In this document: positions 46,074-54,776 of the stretch, piece after piece
Position numbering within the stretch: the first letter of the stretch is position 1
Layout: each line of letters opens with the position of its first letter
Origin: Thermoproteota archaeon
GTDB taxonomy: Archaea > Korarchaeota > Korarchaeia > Korarchaeales > Korarchaeaceae
NCBI GenBank assembly: GCA_027491395.1
Contig: JAOZFI010000039.1
Span: forward strand, 51,044 to 115,043
Direction: 5' to 3'
DNA: 64,000 nt
Notes under the pieces: generated by a model
What the model was told of the DNA's origin: nothing
The model's database searches: none
The model's input: only the letters and a program-made list of their open reading frames with translations
Translations under genes and position numbers: made by a program

Positions 46074-47672
46074 TCATGCGGCCCCCACAGGAGCAGGAGT
46101 AGGTACGGGCCTCCTTCTAAGGAGGTAGACAGCCGAAATTATTGCGGCTGCACCCACTATTCCCAATCCCAAAACTGTGGGATCTAGCTGGGGCCTCTCC
46201 ACCGTCACGGTCCTCACGGAGCTCACGGTCCGGGTTACGGTGACTGTCTTGGGCTGCTGGATCGTCTGGGTCCGCGTGGCCGGGGCTCGGGCCTGAGCGG
46301 TCTGGATGGGCGGTCCCTTCACCTCAACCACTATGTCCGTGGTGTTAACGCAGCCGCAGTCTTCAGCCTTCGCTATCAGGGTGGCCGTGTACTCCCCGGG
46401 CGGGGCGTCCCTCAAAGTGAGGTTAATTGATCCCAGCTCACCAACCCTCAGTTTGGCTGGTAAGGAATATGAAATGCCGGATGGTAATCCTACCAGCGTC
46501 AGGATCGCCTCATTCACGTCAGGTGAGTTGAGAATCACGACGAGCTCTGACTCAGGATTGTCCTCTGTAAGAACCACGTGGCTCGGCCTCACGTCAATCG
46601 TTATCTCGCCCACGGTTCTCTCGACGAGTATCATCACCTGCCTGCTCTTGAGGAGCTCCTCCTCCCTGTACAGCTCAACGCTCATCCCATAGGTACCCGG
46701 GCTGGTTCCCTTTGGGACGGTGACCCAGAGGTCGAGGTGGCTGGTCTTAGACAGTCTGCTGGGATAGCGGCTCACGTACCACCCCGGGGGCGGGACGACC
46801 CTCAGGGTCAGGGGTTCCGTCGTCTCCCCTCCGGTTATCCCCACCGTTACTCTGATGTGGAACGTCTCATCCGGCTTTACTTTCACCGTCACGGGATACA
46901 CGATGAGATTGATCTCCTCCTCGCTCACCCCCCCGACGGTGAGCGTGGCGTAAGCCCTGTCGCAATAGCCATCGTAGCAACCCTCGACGATGATGCTGTA
47001 GTTCCCCGGACTCATTCCCGATGTGTCTATGGTTAGGGTGGATGTGTAGATGTAGCAGGGGATGGCAGGACAGCTGCAGGATGTCGAGCTAGGGCACATG
47101 GGGTTCGGGTCGAAGGTGTGACTGGCGCAGGCCGGGCATATCAGGGAGAGGTATATGGGGTGATTGAAGCCGTAGAAGGGAGCTGCCTTGACCGTAAAGA
47201 CGGCCTTATCTCCCCTGCTCACCGTGAGCGAGCTTGGAGATATGGAAAGCTCGAACTCAGGCTCGTAAGGCGGCAGGACCTCCAAGGTCACGTCGACGTA
47301 AACGTTCTGATCCGTAAGGGGATCCCTTCCCCTCACCGTGATCGTGTACACGCCGGGTGGCGTGTAAATAGAGGTTCTCACCTCCATGTCTGAGTCAATG
47401 TCTCCCGTGGGGTTCAAAGGATTGTCGGAGAAGACTACCGAGACGGCAGGAGGTTCGAACAGGGCCCTGAGGTAGACATCATTGGAGTAGCCGGGTGTGA
47501 TGGTGATCAGGGTTACGGTGAAGTGGGCAGTCTCACCGGCTCTCACCCTCCTGTATGTGGGGCTCACGTCCAGGTCGAAGTCGGCCGCTCTCACTTCAAT
47601 CAGGGCGGTGGAGAGAATCGTCGCGAGTACCAGTACCAGCAGGAAGAGTGAAATTCTGTTACCCATCTTCAA
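46074..47672 (-). CDS. Ig-like repeat (COG1470/NEW3-like) surface protein with a Cys-rich insert
   Basis: Signal peptide, four repeats with a PGxYxI/V signature, Thr-rich stalk, C-terminal TM and RRR. Confidence 0.72.
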   Translation of the reverse strand: MKMGNRISLFLLVLVLATILSTALIEVRAADFDLDVSPTYRRVRAGETAHFTVTLITITPGYSNDVYLRALFEPPAVSVVFSDNPLNPTGDIDSDMEVRTSIYTPPGVYTITVRGRDPLTDQNVYVDVTLEVLPPYEPEFELSISPSSLTVSRGDKAVFTVKAAPFYGFNHPIYLSLICPACASHTFDPNPMCPSSTSCSCPAIPCYIYTSTLTIDTSGMSPGNYSIIVEGCYDGYCDRAYATLTVGGVSEEEINLIVYPVTVKVKPDETFHIRVTVGITGGETTEPLTLRVVPPPGWYVSRYPSRLSKTSHLDLWVTVPKGTSPGTYGMSVELYREEELLKSRQVMILVERTVGEITIDVRPSHVVLTEDNPESELVVILNSPDVNEAILTLVGLPSGISYSLPAKLRVGELGSINLTLRDAPPGEYTATLIAKAEDCGCVNTTDIVVEVKGPPIQTAQARAPATRTQTIQQPKTVTVTRTVSSVRTVTVERPQLDPTVLGLGIVGAAAIISAVYLLRRRPVPTPAPVGAA

Positions 47673-47747
47673 GTAACTGCCCGTGTCAGAATAAAAATGT
47701 AGCCAGATAAAGGGCCGATCCGGCCAGAGATCGCGTCAATCAACGTA

Positions 47748-49043
47748 TCATACGCTCAAATATGCTCTGTACTCGGCCTCGCTTGGCCAAGATCCGATCT
47801 CCGATGCCTCCTTCCTCTTGATCTCGATGTAGGACTCCAAGGTGGAGGAGTCGAACACGCCGCTCAGGTAGGCGTTATCAGATTCGAGCTCGTCCAAGGC
47901 CTCGTGCAGGGTTCTCGGGAGCCTCTTGGCCTTTAGCCCGTGGGTGTAGGCGTTCACATCGACCGGATCTCCCGGATCGACCTTCCTACTTATGCCATCC
48001 AAGCCAGCGGCGAACGTGGCGGCGAAAGCTAGGTAGGGGTTACAGCTCGGATCTGGAACGCGGAACTCCACTCTTTTTGAATTCTTCCCACCCTTCCTGT
48101 ACACGGGAACTCTTATTGCGGCACTCCTATTAGCCCTGCCCCAGATCGCGTATATAGGGGCCTCAAAGCCCGGGACCAAACGCTTGTAGCTGTTGACTGT
48201 AGGCGCGACTATGGCTGCGAGGGAGCCTATGTGCTCGATTATGCCGCCCACGAAGTACCTACCCAGCTGACTCAGTTCAGCATACTCATCGTCCGGATCG
48301 TAGAAGAGGTTTCTACCACCCTCCCATAGACTCAGGTGTAAGTGCATCCCGCTCCCATTGTCCCCGGGAACGGGCTTGGGCATGAACGTGGCTATGAGGC
48401 CCAAATCCCTAGCCACCTCCTTTATACCCCTCTTGACCCTCATCACCTTATCCGCCGCCCTGAGAGGCGTGTCCGCCCTGACCGAGACCTCGGACTGGCC
48501 CACACCTACCTCGTGGTGCGTGACCTCCGGTTGCAGGTTCAGGCTCATCAGCTCGTCCATCACCTCGAGCTTGAACTCGTAGAGGGGATCTGAGGGAGAG
48601 CTCAGGTGATAGTTAATTTTGGGAGCATTTCCCCACGCGAAGACAGGTCTCAGGTCCTCGTTGAGGGTCATGAACTCCATCTCGGGGCCGACCATCCCCT
48701 TGTAGCCTTGGGCGGCCAGGAGGTCCTCGGCCCTCTTGGCCACGTATCTAGGGTCCTTGGGGGATCTACCTCCTCCGAAGGGCTCCCATATCTCGCTAAG
48801 CATTCTGAGTACATCGTCCTTGATCACGGCTGTCTGGGGATCCGGGATGAGCACGGCATCGCTCCACTCTATGACAGAGAGGCCCACGCTGCTGGCATCG
48901 AAGGAACCACCCTTCTTGGATTCGAAGGTTTCCAAGGAGAGGATCTCGCTCCTCAAGGTGCCAGAGAGATCCACGTACTCAAGCTCTACGAATTTGACTC
49001 CCTTTGATGATGCTTCTTTCAACACCTCTTCGAGGGTAAGCAT
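47748..49043 (-). CDS. glnA: Glutamine synthetase type I
   Basis: GPEMEF, HHEV..QSE, ATFMPKP..NGSGMH, NSYKRLVPGFEAP, NRSAAIR, RVEFR.PD..CNPY. Confidence 0.96.
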   Translation of the reverse strand: MLTLEEVLKEASSKGVKFVELEYVDLSGTLRSEILSLETFESKKGGSFDASSVGLSVIEWSDAVLIPDPQTAVIKDDVLRMLSEIWEPFGGGRSPKDPRYVAKRAEDLLAAQGYKGMVGPEMEFMTLNEDLRPVFAWGNAPKINYHLSSPSDPLYEFKLEVMDELMSLNLQPEVTHHEVGVGQSEVSVRADTPLRAADKVMRVKRGIKEVARDLGLIATFMPKPVPGDNGSGMHLHLSLWEGGRNLFYDPDDEYAELSQLGRYFVGGIIEHIGSLAAIVAPTVNSYKRLVPGFEAPIYAIWGRANRSAAIRVPVYRKGGKNSKRVEFRVPDPSCNPYLAFAATFAAGLDGISRKVDPGDPVDVNAYTHGLKAKRLPRTLHEALDELESDNAYLSGVFDSSTLESYIEIKRKEASEIGSWPSEAEYRAYLSV

Positions 49044-49052
49044 AAGTATAGG

Positions 49053-49065
49053 TAACCCTCGGTTA
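49053..49065. promoter_or_regulatory. Palindromic site TAACC-CTC-GGTTA between the glnA TATA box and start codon
   Basis: Perfect 5-bp inverted repeat abutting the minus-strand TTTATA; the same 12-mer occurs at 22082-22093. Confidence 0.45.
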
Positions 49066-49315
49066 TAAATCCCTTACTAGCGAAAGGGTTGAAACGAGTG
49101 AAAGGGGCGTATCGAGACTCATTTTAATGAGATCCTCCATATAGCACTTCTATTTAACTAAAAATAACGCTTCTCGTGTTCCATAAGCTACATGAATACA
49201 ATGAAATCTTCAAATGACGGTCATCAAGACACATATATGAAACTTTTCCTGTAAAGTCGTCTATCACCAGCATTCCGAAAGGTTATTTTCGCCTTAATGT
49301 ATCCAACATATAGGA

Positions 49316-50344
49316 ATGAGGAGGACAGGGGAGGCCCACCTCCCTCTTCATGGAGGGAAGGCTCCGGCTTGGCTCTTCAGGCGCATGAAGGAGCTGGCCA
49401 AGCCCATACTCTCTTCCGTGGTCTCCGAATACGGGAAGAGGGGTCTCCTCGAGAGATTGGCTGACCCACACTGGTTCCAAGCCTTAGGATGTGTTCTGGG
49501 ATATGACTGGCACTCCTCGGGAGTCACTACCGTGCTGACCGCAGCATTGAAAGAGGCCCTACAAGAGGAGGATATGGGCGTCAGGTTAGCTGGGGGGAAG
49601 GGCAGGACCTCCCTGAAAACCCCTCAAGAGCTAGCATCTATAGCGGAGGAGTTCGGTCTTGATCCCTCTCCCTTGGTAAGGGCCAGCAGGCTCTCGGCCA
49701 AGGTCGATAACTCGGTACTGCAAGACGGCTTCGATCTTTACCACCACGCCTTTGTAGTGACTGAGAACGGGGAGTGGGCTGTGGTCCAGCAAGGTATGAA
49801 TCCCTCCCTGAGGATGGCTAGGAGATACCACTGGCTCGGGAGTAGGGTGGAGAGCTTCGTCATAGAGCCTCACCACAGCATCATATCCGAGGCCGGGAAG
49901 GTAAGGGTGCTCAATCTAGTGGCTAGGGAGAGCGAGGGCGTGAGAAAAGCCTCCCTCGACCTAGTTAAAGAGGGAACGGCCAGGCTCAGGAGGCTGATGA
50001 GCGAGTACAGGGTCCTCAAGATGCCGAGGAGGATAGACTGGAGCGCGCTGGAGCGAGCCTATCAACTGAATCCTTCCAGCTACGAGGAGCTCTTGGAGAT
50101 CAGGGGGATAGGGAGGTCCGCACTCAGAGCCCTAGCTCTGCTCAGCGAACTGGTTTACGGGGAAAAGGCCAGTGTGAGGGATCCGGCCAAGTACTCCTTC
50201 GCCTTCGGCGGGAAGGATGGAGTCCCCTTCCCCGTTGATGTCAAGCTCATGGACGAGATAATCTCGTACCTGAGAGGCAGGGAGATCCCTAAAATCAGGG
50301 TCAGGGTTAGAGGAGGCCTGACCGATTATCTGGACCGGGATTAA
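49316..50344 (+). CDS. DUF763-domain protein
   Basis: LPLHGGKAP, WFQALGCVLGYDWHSSG, KVDN..QDG, VVQQGMN, ARRYHW, GGKDGVPFPV. Confidence 0.9.
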   Translation: MRRTGEAHLPLHGGKAPAWLFRRMKELAKPILSSVVSEYGKRGLLERLADPHWFQALGCVLGYDWHSSGVTTVLTAALKEALQEEDMGVRLAGGKGRTSLKTPQELASIAEEFGLDPSPLVRASRLSAKVDNSVLQDGFDLYHHAFVVTENGEWAVVQQGMNPSLRMARRYHWLGSRVESFVIEPHHSIISEAGKVRVLNLVARESEGVRKASLDLVKEGTARLRRLMSEYRVLKMPRRIDWSALERAYQLNPSSYEELLEIRGIGRSALRALALLSELVYGEKASVRDPAKYSFAFGGKDGVPFPVDVKLMDEIISYLRGREIPKIRVRVRGGLTDYLDRD

Positions 50345-50346
50345 GG

Positions 50347-50949
50347 CTAGAACCAGGCCTCCAGCCCCTCATCCTGATTGCTCTCGCCTAGCATCCCCTT
50401 CAACTTCCTGAAGTCCTCCTCCAGCAGGGGCCTCAGCCTGGGATTGTAGAGGGCAGCTGCCGGGTGGAGCGTGGGCATCAGCAACCTCTTCCTACCGAAC
50501 AGCTCCACCTCGATCACCCTCCCCCTTATCCTCATGATGGACCTCTCCTCCCTTCCTGCCAGCCTCAGGAGGGTCAGAGCGCTGTGCCTGCCCAGAGCCA
50601 CTATCACATCCGGATCTATCGCCCGGAGCTGCCTCTCGAGGAAGGGTAGACAAGCTTCAATCTCCTCCGGCTTAGGGTCCCTGTTGTTGGGCGGCCTGCA
50701 CTTCACCACATTGGTTATGAAAACATCCTCCCTCCTCAAACCTATAGAGGCCAATAACTCCGTCAGCAGCTTTCCGGCAGCCCCCACGAAGGGCCTACCC
50801 TGCAGGTCCTCGTTCCTCCCCGGCGCCTCCCCCACGAAAACCACCTTGGCATTGGGATTACCCTCTCCAGGCACGGCATTCGTCCTGCTGGCGTGGAGGG
50901 GGCAGCGCCTGCAGGACCTTATTTCCCTGGCTATATCCTCTAAGCTCAA
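50347..50949 (-). CDS. udg: Family 4 uracil-DNA glycosylase
   Basis: CRRCPL, GEAPG, PFVGAAG, NVVKCRPP, HPAA. Confidence 0.95.
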   Translation of the reverse strand: MSLEDIAREIRSCRRCPLHASRTNAVPGEGNPNAKVVFVGEAPGRNEDLQGRPFVGAAGKLLTELLASIGLRREDVFITNVVKCRPPNNRDPKPEEIEACLPFLERQLRAIDPDVIVALGRHSALTLLRLAGREERSIMRIRGRVIEVELFGRKRLLMPTLHPAAALYNPRLRPLLEEDFRKLKGMLGESNQDEGLEAWF

Positions 50950-51734
50950 AGCCTGACCCTCGCTACGGGAGGCATGGTCCTCTTATGCGCCGTTCTCGCG
51001 TGCATCTCCAGAACCCTGTCCACATCCGCGCCGAACATCCTCCTGACCTCATCATGGCCCATCCTCAGGTCGAATATCGCGTGCAAGATGAGATCGATCC
51101 TCTCATAGGGAATACCCAGCTCCTCCTCAGCCCTGTGCCCCCTCCAGAGTTGGGGGCTGCTGGGCTTGCTGACTATCCTCTCGGGGGCGCCGAGCCACCC
51201 CCCCAGCCACCTGACCTGGGTCTTGTAGAGATCTCCGATTGGCAAGAAGTCCACGCCCCCGTCCCCGTACTTGGTGAAGTACCCTATCAGTATCTCGCTC
51301 CTGTCTCCAGTGCCGGCTACTAGTAGATTCCTGCTGTTCGCCACGTAGTAGAGGAGGGACATCCTTATCCTAGCTCTCAGGTTCCCTAAAGCCACTCTGT
51401 CCTCCGGGCTAAAGAACTCCGACTTGGTGAAGGCATCCACTATGTCAGCTATGTCCCTCTCCCAGTAGGATATGCCCAGCTCGTCAGCTACCATCCTAGC
51501 GTCCTCCACATCCTCGCGAGGGGTGATGCGGGAGTCGGGCATTATGAGGCCGAATACCCTATCAGACCCCAAGGCCCTCACGGCTAGGTAAGCGGTCACG
51601 GTGGAATCCACCCCTCCGCTCAACCCTAAGACGACGCCATTGGTTCTCGATCCGGCGACCATTCCCTTCACAAAGCCCGTTATCGACTCCGTCACTCTCT
51701 TCCAGTCCAGCCTGAGTTCGTCGAGCGTAAGCAT
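50946..51734 (-). CDS. nadE: NH3-dependent NAD+ synthetase
   Basis: GLSGGVDS, NLRARIRM, GYFTKYGDG, LYKTQV. Confidence 0.96.
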   Translation of the reverse strand: MLTLDELRLDWKRVTESITGFVKGMVAGSRTNGVVLGLSGGVDSTVTAYLAVRALGSDRVFGLIMPDSRITPREDVEDARMVADELGISYWERDIADIVDAFTKSEFFSPEDRVALGNLRARIRMSLLYYVANSRNLLVAGTGDRSEILIGYFTKYGDGGVDFLPIGDLYKTQVRWLGGWLGAPERIVSKPSSPQLWRGHRAEEELGIPYERIDLILHAIFDLRMGHDEVRRMFGADVDRVLEMHARTAHKRTMPPVARVRL

Positions 51735-51794
51735 ATTCCATCTGGGAGACTATCTTTTTTACGTTTTCCTGTAGGCTAGGGAGGTGCAGGCGAA

Positions 51795-52394
51795 TTGAAC
51801 TGGCTAGGCGCGGCCTCCCTAGTGCTCCTGCTGTTCGTGATGATATCGCCGTGGTGGTGGATGGAGGGCTACCTGCCACAGCTAGGTGGCTACTTCAAGT
51901 ACGAGGGTAACCCCCTTACCTTCATCTGGTCCTCGGGCAACAGGTCCTCCCTCAGCTTCGCCCTCCAGACCTTCACTTGGCTGTCGGAGCAGGGCAGGCT
52001 TCCTCCCGGCTCCAGGTACAGGACCGGACTTACCAAGTTCTTCCTCATGCTCAGCACGTTCATGCTCGCGCTGGGCGGCCTAGCCTCGATATACGCCCTA
52101 GCTAAGGAATCCACGAATCCATACTTCATCGCCGCTTTCCTAGTCTTCATGGCAGTTGCGTTCTACGAGATAGGCTTCTTGGTCACGGAGGCGCCTAGGT
52201 CCCTGAGCCTCTCCTTCACCGTGGGGGAGGGGCAGGCTTGGGTGAAGTGGGGAGAGGGCATCGGCAAGTATCTGGACATAGCGCTGGTGGCGCTGCTGAT
52301 AGCTGCCGGCATAGTGAACAAGCTCTTCTTCGAGTACGAGCCGGGACCGCCCAGGAGGCCGCCCAGAAGGAGGACCGGGAGGTACTGGTGGTGA
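51795..52394 (+). CDS. Hypothetical four-TM membrane protein
   Basis: TTG start behind GGAGGTG; four hydrophobic segments. Confidence 0.65.
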   Translation: MNWLGAASLVLLLFVMISPWWWMEGYLPQLGGYFKYEGNPLTFIWSSGNRSSLSFALQTFTWLSEQGRLPPGSRYRTGLTKFFLMLSTFMLALGGLASIYALAKESTNPYFIAAFLVFMAVAFYEIGFLVTEAPRSLSLSFTVGEGQAWVKWGEGIGKYLDIALVALLIAAGIVNKLFFEYEPGPPRRPPRRRTGRYWW

Positions 52395-52711
52395 TCTCCC
52401 GATTGGAGGGGAAGCTGGAGAGGGCCAAGGAGCTGGCTCACAGGGATCCCGGCAGCGCGCTAGCCTTGCTTAGGAAGGTGGCCGAGGAAGTGTTAAGGGT
52501 AGCGGCACCGGACTGGGATCCCTCTAGAGAGAGCTTGGCTGAGTACGCTGAGGTGAGGAGGTACCCTGACTTCTTCCACGAGATGGCCGACAGGATAGAG
52601 GGCTCCTACAGGTTCGTCATGCAGGCTGGCGAGGGGGATGTGCTGGGGGCCATCTCCTCAACAGCCTTCCTCTTGGAGGTCCTGAGGAGACTGCCCGCAA
52701 GTAGTAGCTGA
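52391..52711 (+). CDS. Small helical hypothetical protein (weak HEPN/DUF4145-like pattern)
   Basis: GTGA overlap with the upstream gene; SALALLRKVAEEVLR helix. Confidence 0.55.
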   Translation: MISRLEGKLERAKELAHRDPGSALALLRKVAEEVLRVAAPDWDPSRESLAEYAEVRRYPDFFHEMADRIEGSYRFVMQAGEGDVLGAISSTAFLLEVLRRLPASSS

Positions 52712-52794
52712 AGATGCAGCAGGGATTGGGCTGATGTGCTAGGCCCTGACCTTGACCATCAACTATTTAAGCGATACAATTATTCAATTAATCA

Positions 52795-53112
52795 ATGTCA
52801 TCAACGATAACAGTGCCTGAGGAGCTGAGGAGGAGAGTGAAGAGACTCGCTTCCCTCCTAGACGTACCTCAGCATAAGGTCTTGGAAATGCTCCTTGACC
52901 TCTTCGAGCGGGATCTATTAGAAGAGGAGGATCGATCAGTAGATCACGACGTGGCAGAGGAACTGGAGAAGGCTGAAGCTAAGGTAGAGGCAGAGGATCC
53001 CGATTGGGCCGAAAGATCACGTAAGATAGAGAAGGCTGTCAGGAGAGGATTGACGTCCGAGCTTTTCAGAGGGAACTGGGGGATAGAGTTTGCAGAAGAG
53101 GATAATGCTTGA
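52795..53112 (+). CDS. Ribbon-helix-helix antitoxin (VapB-like)
   Basis: STITVPEELRRRVKRLA; acidic C-terminus; overlaps the PIN gene. Confidence 0.72.
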   Translation: MSSTITVPEELRRRVKRLASLLDVPQHKVLEMLLDLFERDLLEEEDRSVDHDVAEELEKAEAKVEAEDPDWAERSRKIEKAVRRGLTSELFRGNWGIEFAEEDNA

Positions 53113-53512
53113 TAGCATGATCTTCAGGAATAGACCCTTCCTTTCTTGGCTCAGAGTGAACTTAGAGAGGTTCAGGATATATATTAGCCCGATTGTTCAC
53201 GCAGAGACTGCTTTGTGGTACCTCTACATCGGCTTGGATCTGGAAGACCTCACATCAGACTTGAGGGCGTTGAGGGCAGAGATACCGCCTATCACTAGGG
53301 AAATCACTGAAAAAGTGGCTGAAAGGGCGTTCACGAATAGAAGGGCCTTGCCGTTCAGGCATCATGCTAGGGATTACTTGATAGGGGCCCAAGCAGAGCA
53401 TCTCGGGACTTGGATCGTGACCTATAACAAGAGGCACTTCGCATGGGTCAACGTACCGGTACTAACCCCCGAAGAGCTGATCAAGCGCTTTCGAGGTCCA
53501 TCTGCCGATTAG
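53105..53512 (+). CDS. PIN-domain toxin (VapC-like)
   Basis: LDS, SPIVHAE, DYLIGAQA, VTYNKRHF, VLTPEE. Confidence 0.85.
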   Translation: MLDSMIFRNRPFLSWLRVNLERFRIYISPIVHAETALWYLYIGLDLEDLTSDLRALRAEIPPITREITEKVAERAFTNRRALPFRHHARDYLIGAQAEHLGTWIVTYNKRHFAWVNVPVLTPEELIKRFRGPSAD

Positions 53513-53536
53513 GAGGGTGAGCCCTATTACGATAAC

Positions 53537-54313
53537 TCAGATGAACCTGATAACTTCCCTCCCGCCAATTATCGCGTAGATTTCAACGAACCTCTCGAAC
53601 TTGGTTCCCCTCAATTTCTTCATCAGGATCTCCTCTATCTGGAAGGTACCGCTCGGATCCTTCATGTATACCTCTATCCTCAGGGGTTTCTCCTCTCCCC
53701 TCGTGATCTCCACCTTCTGAACTGAGAGGGCGGAGTACTTGTGGATGTCGTGGCCTCCGAGCCTGAACGGGAGCCTGGCCCTCTCCTGCTCCATGTCGCA
53801 ACCATCGGCAGTGGCCACGACTCCAGCCTCTATGCTGGTGGGCTCGAACCTCCCCATGTGGCACATTATGGCCTCGTATATCATACTGGCAACCTTCACG
53901 GCCTTCTCCTCGTCCTCGTAGACCATGGAGGTTATCTCTTCCACGAAAGGTTTAGCTAGCATTACGCTGAGGAACTCATGCTCCTCCCTGTGTATGGAGT
54001 TCCCTATGTCGTGTAGGTAGCTGGCCACCATCACTATCAGCTTGGAATCCTCGAAGTCCCTCCAGTCTTCAGTGACCACGATCTCCGGCCCCAGTATGTC
54101 AAGGATCTTCAGCGAATTTCTGGTGGTTATCATCGCATGGGTCACTCCGTGATCGTTGAACTTGAGCCTGTGGACCAGCACTATATTGGACATGTCCAAG
54201 AGGCCCCTTACCCTCCTGTTGCTTCTGAGGTAGTCGTAGACCCTCAAGAGCCTCTCTGAACCGTTCAGCCTGCTCACAATTTCGTGATCGAGAGTTCGCT
54301 CTAAGGTGTTCAT
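53537..54313 (-). CDS. HD-domain phosphohydrolase
   Basis: DHGVTH, LHDIGN, H, ADGCDM..RAR. Confidence 0.88.
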   Translation of the reverse strand: MNTLERTLDHEIVSRLNGSERLLRVYDYLRSNRRVRGLLDMSNIVLVHRLKFNDHGVTHAMITTRNSLKILDILGPEIVVTEDWRDFEDSKLIVMVASYLHDIGNSIHREEHEFLSVMLAKPFVEEITSMVYEDEEKAVKVASMIYEAIMCHMGRFEPTSIEAGVVATADGCDMEQERARLPFRLGGHDIHKYSALSVQKVEITRGEEKPLRIEVYMKDPSGTFQIEEILMKKLRGTKFERFVEIYAIIGGREVIRFI

Positions 54314-54344
54314 AGGAGATGATGATGTGGAGGGCCTTTTAAAC

Positions 54345-54686
54345 TTACCCGGATGTGGAGAGCACCCTCCTGAGGGCCTCGACTATCATCCCCTTGGGAG
54401 GGTAGTCGTGGTACTTCCCAGCCCACTTGTATATCCTGCTACAGGTGGACGTGTACACCCCCTTGTCCTCGAAGGAGGGATCCACATCCACGCCGTTGAT
54501 CCTCACTGTGGGGACGCCTAGAACTCTGTGCTGGGCTGCTTCCTCATCACTGGCGAGGAGAATCTCCTCCAGCTCGTAATCCTTCAATCCAGCCTCCTCA
54601 ACGGCCTTCTTTATCTCCTCAACGACCGGATCCTTGGGACACTCAGGAGTGTAGTAGACCGATATCTTCACCTTGTTGACCATCAC
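54345..54686 (-). CDS. Thioredoxin-fold protein (DF/DUF2703-like)
   Basis: ECP, GVPTVRINGVD, CSRIY..PP. Confidence 0.65.
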   Translation of the reverse strand: MMVNKVKISVYYTPECPKDPVVEEIKKAVEEAGLKDYELEEILLASDEEAAQHRVLGVPTVRINGVDVDPSFEDKGVYTSTCSRIYKWAGKYHDYPPKGMIVEALRRVLSTSG

Positions 54687-54776
54687 TAATAACCTCCTCC
54701 TCCCATATTTTTTATCTTTCCTCGCTGATGAGGGTGGGATTGAGGATTCACTTCGTGGAAGGGAGGGTGATGGACT

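Noticed and set aside
49316-50949. DUF763 (HhH-like LLEIRGIG motif) and udg as a repair operon
   Set aside because: The genes are convergent, so adjacency alone does not support a shared function.
54768-54770. Selenocysteine readthrough of the TGA upstream of the RDD gene, or Sec in the neighbouring thioredoxin-fold protein
   Set aside because: The TGA is part of the SD-like GGAGGGTGA and not in a redox motif; the thioredoxin-fold ORF uses ordinary Cys codons.
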